Source: an uncultured Bacteroidales bacterium (GTDB taxonomy: Bacteria > Bacteroidota > Bacteroidia > Bacteroidales > CAIWKO01). From it: a stretch of 32,233 bases of DNA. Position numbers and translations under genes: made by a program. Of the stretch, positions 27,875 through 32,233 are shown in pieces. The stretch covers positions 1-32,233 of the forward strand of contig CAZELC010000002.1 in the NCBI GenBank assembly GCA_964512865.1, read 5' to 3'. The first letter of the stretch is position 1; each line of letters begins with the position of its first letter. The notes under the pieces were generated by a model. It had not been told where the DNA came from, searched no databases, and saw nothing but the letters and a program-made list of their open reading frames with translations.

Positions 27875-27905
27875 AGACCTCAAAGGTTAACAACCTTTGA
27901 GGTCT
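27875..27905 (-). terminator. Strong hairpin (terminator or attenuator) between rplY and pth
   Basis: Perfect 14-bp stem 'agacctcaaaggtt'/'aacctttgaggtct' with a 3-nt loop. On the minus strand it is followed by 'TATTTTTATATA', then the pth ATG. Confidence 0.6.
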
Positions 27906-27924
27906 GTATTATTTTGATATTTAA

Positions 27925-28530
27925 TTATTTAGCTGGTTCAGCAGCTTTGGCAGCTTCTTCAGTTGCTCCGGGAGCAGCTTCTTCAGTTGCTCTTGTAACT
28001 CTTACAGTAATTACAACTGAATTTGGATGATCAAGAATTGTATAATTCTCATTTCCAAGCTCTGATACTTTAATTGAAACACCAATTTCCAAACTGTTTA
28101 TATTCACAAGTATGAATTCCGGCATTTTTTCAGGTAATGCTTTTACCTTTAATTTTCTGTATTTCTGAATTAATTTTCCACCTTTTAAAATCCCTGGCGC
28201 AACTCCTTCAGTTCTAACAGGAACATTCATAATAATAGCTTTCCCCGGAACAAGTTCCAGAAAATCCGCATGTAAAATGTTGTCTGTAACAGGATGATAC
28301 TGAATGTCTTGTAAGATTGCGTCAATTTCTTTTCCGTCAAGACTGACCTTAACAAAGCAAACTTCAGGAGTGAAAACGATTTTTTTAAATGCTTTTGCAT
28401 CCGTTGCAAAGTGAATCTGTTCTTTTCCACCATAAAGCACACAAGGAACTTCACCTAATTTACGGTGTTTTTTTGCATCTTTTTTCCCTACGCTCTCTCT
28501 TAGAGAGCCGCTCATAGATACTATTCTCAT
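27925..28530 (-). CDS. rplY: 50S ribosomal protein L25 / general stress protein Ctc
   Basis: 201 aa. 'GKKDAKKHRKLGEVPCVLYGG', 'HPVTDNILHADF' and the Ala/Glu-rich C-terminal tail. It sits in the conserved prs-ctc-pth arrangement. Confidence 0.9.
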   Translation of the reverse strand: MRIVSMSGSLRESVGKKDAKKHRKLGEVPCVLYGGKEQIHFATDAKAFKKIVFTPEVCFVKVSLDGKEIDAILQDIQYHPVTDNILHADFLELVPGKAIIMNVPVRTEGVAPGILKGGKLIQKYRKLKVKALPEKMPEFILVNINSLEIGVSIKVSELGNENYTILDHPNSVVITVRVTRATEEAAPGATEEAAKAAEPAK

Positions 28531-28577
28531 AATGATAAAATTAAATTAATATATGTAATGAACTAAAAATTTCTTTG

Positions 28578-29531
28578 TTAAAGCATTGCCATAAACTTAA
28601 AATGGTGGCTAATTGACTCACATGAAACGACTTTATCAATAACACTGGCAAAAAGATCTGCTGTTGAAAGAACTTTGATTTTCGGACTTTCTTTTCTGAG
28701 TGGTATTGTGTCGGTAACTATAAGTTCAGTAAGCGCTGAGTCTTCTATTCTTTGTATTGCATTTCCTGAAAGAATAGGATGAGTGCACATTGCCCTCACG
28801 CTTGCAGCACCTTTTTCTTTGATAAGGTTTGCTGCCTTAGCTATTGTTCCTCCGGTATCAATAATATCATCAACCATTACCACATTTTTTCCCTCAACAT
28901 CACCAATAAGAACCATATTTCCAACCATATTCGGTTTTGGTCTTTGCTTAAATCCAATTACCAGGTCAGCTTCCAGAAATTTTGCATAAGTTCCTGCTCT
29001 TCTGGTTCCTCCTGTATCAGGTGAAGACATAGCCAAATTTTCGAGTTTAAGGCTTTGAAGATAAGGAATGAAAATGGAAGATGCATACATGTGGTCAACC
29101 GGGATATCAAAAAATCCCTGAATTTGATCTGCATGTAAATCCATGGTAATAAGTCTGTCAATACCGGCTGCTTTTAACAGATTTGCAATAAGTTTTGCTC
29201 CAATTGGAACCCTTGGTTTGTCTTTCCTATCCTGACGGGCAAACCCGAAATATGGGATTACGGCAATTATATGACGGGCAGAAGCTCTTTTAGCAGCATC
29301 AACCATCATTAAAAGCTCGAGAAGGTTTTCTGCGGGAGCAAAAGTCGACTGGACAAGAAAAAGCTCACTACCTCTGACTGTATCCTCAAATGAAGGCTGA
29401 AATTCACCATCACTGAAACAGGCAATCTGCACATTACCAAGTTCCTGTCCATAACTTTGAGCAATCTTATCGGCTAAATATCTGGTTGCCCTGCCTGAAA
29501 AAATATTTACCTTTGGTCCGGAATCTGACAT
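28578..29531 (-). CDS. prs: Ribose-phosphate pyrophosphokinase
   Basis: 'IPYFGFARQDRK', 'DLHADQIQGFF' and 'VDDIIDTGGT'. ATG 29531 (MSDSGPKVNIFSG) is preceded by an A/C-rich leader and by a TAnnTTTG motif that lies inside the longer ORF. Confidence 0.95.
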   Translation of the reverse strand: MSDSGPKVNIFSGRATRYLADKIAQSYGQELGNVQIACFSDGEFQPSFEDTVRGSELFLVQSTFAPAENLLELLMMVDAAKRASARHIIAVIPYFGFARQDRKDKPRVPIGAKLIANLLKAAGIDRLITMDLHADQIQGFFDIPVDHMYASSIFIPYLQSLKLENLAMSSPDTGGTRRAGTYAKFLEADLVIGFKQRPKPNMVGNMVLIGDVEGKNVVMVDDIIDTGGTIAKAANLIKEKGAASVRAMCTHPILSGNAIQRIEDSALTELIVTDTIPLRKESPKIKVLSTADLFASVIDKVVSCESISHHFKFMAML

Positions 29532-29555
29532 TTTGTTTTGTTTTTGTTTGCTCTG

Positions 29556-29563
29556 CAAAATTA
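29556..29563 (-). promoter_or_regulatory. Candidate prs -7 promoter element (TAATTTTG on the minus strand)
   Basis: Exact TAnnTTTG match, 25 nt upstream of ATG 29531. Confidence 0.45.
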
Positions 29564-29630
29564 ATAAAAATTCCCTAATTATTATCGAAAAATAAAATTT
29601 GTTGTTATTTTGCAATCATAATTTCCTGTG

Positions 29631-32090
29631 ATGAATAGCCGGAGAATTCAGCTGATTTTCTTTTTTATCTTCTTACTTCTGCCGCTTTTTCTAAAAAGCC
29701 AGTTTCATGTCATTGGAAAAATAGTCGATTCAGTTACTAAACAACCTCTGGCTTTTGTAAACATAATTATTAACGATCAGAAAAATGGCGGAATGACAGA
29801 TATTGACGGGAAATTTCATCTCCAATCACCGCAAAAGGTTTGTTTTCTGAAACTTAGCTATATTGGCTATAATACCAAAAAGTTCTTTTTACCTGAAAAA
29901 AACAACAATCTGGTAATTTGCCTTCAAAAGAAAAATATTGAACTTTCTGAAGTTGTCATTTTCCCTGCCGAAAACCCGGCACATAAAATAATCAGAAAGG
30001 TAATAGAAAACAAACCTATAAATAACCCTGAGAAGATAAAGTCTTTTAAATATGATTGTTACAGCAAGCTTACAGCTGAATATTTACCTAATGAAAAGTA
30101 CTTTATCGACAGCAATACAAATCTAAATGGACGAAAAGATTCAACGTATATTAAAATAAAAGAGCTATCTGAAAAGCAACATGCAATGTTGATTGAATCC
30201 TTTTCACAAAGAATATATATGAATCCCGATAAAAGTTTTGAAAAAGTTATAGGAACTCGTGTGTCAGGTTTTAAAAACCCTAATTTTTCATCATTAGCTA
30301 CAGATATCCAGCCGTTTTCATTTTATCAGGATTTTTTCAGGCTTTCACTTACAGGAGAAAAAGATTATATAAATCCGTTAAGTGCAGGAAGTTTTCACCG
30401 ATATGAGTTTGTTATTGAAGATACGCTATATCAGGGAGTTGATTCTGTTTATATAATTTCATTCGAACCAAAGGAACGGAAAAAATTCAATGCATTAAAA
30501 GGCTTATTATACATTAATACAAATGGTTATGCTGTTCAAAATGTAATCGCAGAGCCTGATGAGCAAGGTTTATGGATTATTAAAATTCAACAAAAATATG
30601 AGTTAATCGAAAACCGTCAATGGTTTCCTTCACAACTAAACTATGACTGGATTCTTCCAAAATATCCTACAGAAAAAATTGGTATGGTGCTTAGAGGGAG
30701 AAGCTATATCAGTAATGTTAAACTTGAACCTGATATAAAAAACAGCGATTTCCCAATGGAACGTGTTAAACTTTCTGACTCAGCAGGTGTCAGAGATGAT
30801 AATTTCTGGAATAAATACCGCAATGACACTTTAAACAGCAAGGAAAGAACAACTTATACCGTTATCGATAAACTGGGAAAAAGATATAAATTTGATTATT
30901 TGCAACGAGCGGCAAGTGAGCTTATGGATGGATTTCTTCCTTTGGGACCGGTAAATATTTCTATTGAAGATATTTTTAGCTATAATGATATTGAAGGCGT
31001 AAGACTTGGTTTTGGCGCAAGGACAAATGATAAAATTACAAGGTGGGTTTATTTGGGCGGTTATTTTGGATATGGCTTTAAAGATAAAACTCTTAAATAC
31101 GGTGGTGATATGCAACTTAACTTTAATAAAACCAGAGATTTATACCTTAAATTATCCTATAATTATGATTATGAATCACCGGGAAATACTGATTTTTACA
31201 GGAAGGGTTTTTCAAATTACTGGTTTGGATATATGCAATCAAGGTTTGATGCTGTTGAGAAAAAAGAAGCCGTATTTGCATTCAGACCATTCAAATACAC
31301 AGATATGTATTTGAGTTTTGACAACAGCTACGTGAAACCATTGTATGATTATGGCTTTGTGTACAATATTGAGAATAATCAGATTCTGAAAGATTTTACA
31401 TTTACCGAAGCAACATTAGGATTGAAATTCGCATTTAAGGAAAGGCTTAAAACTGCATTTGGCAGAAGGCTGTCATTTACTGCTGCTGAATATCAATATC
31501 CGGTTTTTTATCTTACTTATACCCATGGTTTTAAAAATTTGTTAGGCGGACAGTTTGATTTTGACCGCATTGAAGCATGTATTGAAAAAAATTTCAGAAT
31601 TAAAGGGCTTGGAACTACTACAATTTCAGCTGAAGGTGGCTATATATGGCAGAATATTCCATACAGTAGGTTATACAACGGAAAGGGAAGCAATAATAAA
31701 ACATTTCAGGTTGTAATGAATGGGACCTTTCAAACAATGGGTGTAAATGAATTTTTGTCGGATAAATTTGTATATGTATTTTTTACTCACAATTTTGAAA
31801 GATTATTATTTGAAGCAAAGCGGTTTAAACCCGAATTTAAGATAGTTAACAATATCGCCTTTGGAACTCTTGCAAATCCTTTACTTCATAAGGGAATTGA
31901 ATTTAAAACTCTGGAAAGCGGCTATTATGAAGCAGGATTAATAATTGATAATATTCTGAGAGTTAATATTTTAAATCTTTTTTATTTTGGTGTCGGCGGT
32001 GGTGCATTTTACAGATATGGTTATTATTCTTTCGAAAAGCCTATCGACAATGCTGCTTTTAAAGCTTCACTGAAAATTACGTGGAATTAG
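29631..32090 (+). CDS. DUF5686-like outer-membrane protein with an N-terminal carboxypeptidase-regulatory-like domain
   Basis: Signal peptide, then the CarboxypepD_reg-like 'GKIVDSVTKQPLAFVNIIINDQKNGGMTDIDGKFHL'. The long C-terminal region is aromatic/Gly-rich and beta-barrel-like, ending in '...SLKITWN'. The start is ATG 29631; GTG 29628 is also possible. Confidence 0.8.
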   Translation: MNSRRIQLIFFFIFLLLPLFLKSQFHVIGKIVDSVTKQPLAFVNIIINDQKNGGMTDIDGKFHLQSPQKVCFLKLSYIGYNTKKFFLPEKNNNLVICLQKKNIELSEVVIFPAENPAHKIIRKVIENKPINNPEKIKSFKYDCYSKLTAEYLPNEKYFIDSNTNLNGRKDSTYIKIKELSEKQHAMLIESFSQRIYMNPDKSFEKVIGTRVSGFKNPNFSSLATDIQPFSFYQDFFRLSLTGEKDYINPLSAGSFHRYEFVIEDTLYQGVDSVYIISFEPKERKKFNALKGLLYINTNGYAVQNVIAEPDEQGLWIIKIQQKYELIENRQWFPSQLNYDWILPKYPTEKIGMVLRGRSYISNVKLEPDIKNSDFPMERVKLSDSAGVRDDNFWNKYRNDTLNSKERTTYTVIDKLGKRYKFDYLQRAASELMDGFLPLGPVNISIEDIFSYNDIEGVRLGFGARTNDKITRWVYLGGYFGYGFKDKTLKYGGDMQLNFNKTRDLYLKLSYNYDYESPGNTDFYRKGFSNYWFGYMQSRFDAVEKKEAVFAFRPFKYTDMYLSFDNSYVKPLYDYGFVYNIENNQILKDFTFTEATLGLKFAFKERLKTAFGRRLSFTAAEYQYPVFYLTYTHGFKNLLGGQFDFDRIEACIEKNFRIKGLGTTTISAEGGYIWQNIPYSRLYNGKGSNNKTFQVVMNGTFQTMGVNEFLSDKFVYVFFTHNFERLLFEAKRFKPEFKIVNNIAFGTLANPLLHKGIEFKTLESGYYEAGLIIDNILRVNILNLFYFGVGGGAFYRYGYYSFEKPIDNAAFKASLKITWN

Positions 32091-32233
32091 TTTTTGAAAT
32101 GCATAATTTGAAGTCCGGCGTGGTTTGCATGCTGACGTATCGATAGTATTTTTAAAATTCAAGTTCTATTTTTTAAAGATTATTTACCCGTTGTGCTATT
32201 AACATGCGAGAGCAAATTTAAGATGATTAATTG

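Noticed and set aside
31006-31314. 102-aa plus-strand ORF and the 94-aa minus-strand ORF at 30831-31115
   Set aside because: These are alternative-frame or antisense ORFs inside the DUF5686-like gene and encode no recognisable protein.
32091-32233. Terminal 143 nt examined for a tRNA, an ncRNA or the end of a minus-strand gene
   Set aside because: There is no cloverleaf-compatible sequence (no T-arm GTTCGAnnC-like motif) and only a weak 5-bp palindrome ('atgca'/'tgcat'). The region is too short and truncated to call anything.
1-32233. Window-wide search for defence islands, CRISPR arrays, integrases or transposases, prophage remnants, toxin-antitoxin pairs and biosynthetic clusters
   Set aside because: Every ORF over ~110 aa that does not overlap a better gene is assignable to a housekeeping or envelope function or is a lone hypothetical secreted protein. 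There are no nuclease, ATPase, helicase, NTase, Sir2 or TIR-like motifs, no repeat-spacer arrays and no recombinase genes.

Overview
This 32.2 kb low-GC window looks like core chromosome from a member of the Bacteroidota. The taxon call rests on four observations. A subtilase carries a T9SS C-terminal sorting domain. DUF3127 and DUF5686 proteins are present. Several genes are preceded by exact TAnnTTTG -7 promoter motifs. Leaders are A-rich and lack a Shine-Dalgarno sequence. I call 28 protein-coding genes, almost all housekeeping. They include the tail of a polysaccharide locus (Wzc-like kinase end, rfbC, WecA-like transferase), cell-wall enzymes (lytic transglycosylase, a GT51 glycosyltransferase) and sppA, folK, a deoxynucleoside kinase, a TrmH-family methylase, mutS and a PGK-family kinase. 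Also present are a nitroreductase, an OmpA-family lipoprotein, xth, tadA, a large secreted S8 protease, aspS-glyQS and the conserved prs-rplY(ctc)-pth cluster. I found no rRNA, tRNA, CRISPR array, transposase, integrase, recognisable defence system or biosynthetic cluster. I cannot honestly point to a multi-gene novel system here. Four things seem most worth a second look. (1) A roughly 110-136 nt intergenic element occurs twice in the same orientation, each time just after the stop codon of a secreted-protein gene. One copy is closed by a perfect 13-bp inverted repeat, and both carry an internal period-12 direct repeat. (2) A DUF3127 OB-fold protein ends in an SSB-like acidic '...DDSNDLPF' tip and lies tail-to-tail with mutS. 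(3) A divergent PGK-family protein has substitutions at normally invariant substrate-site motifs and is tightly packed with a nitroreductase. (4) A GT51 peptidoglycan glycosyltransferase is fused to a long AsmA-like N-terminal region. All product calls rest on motif recognition by eye; no database search was possible.
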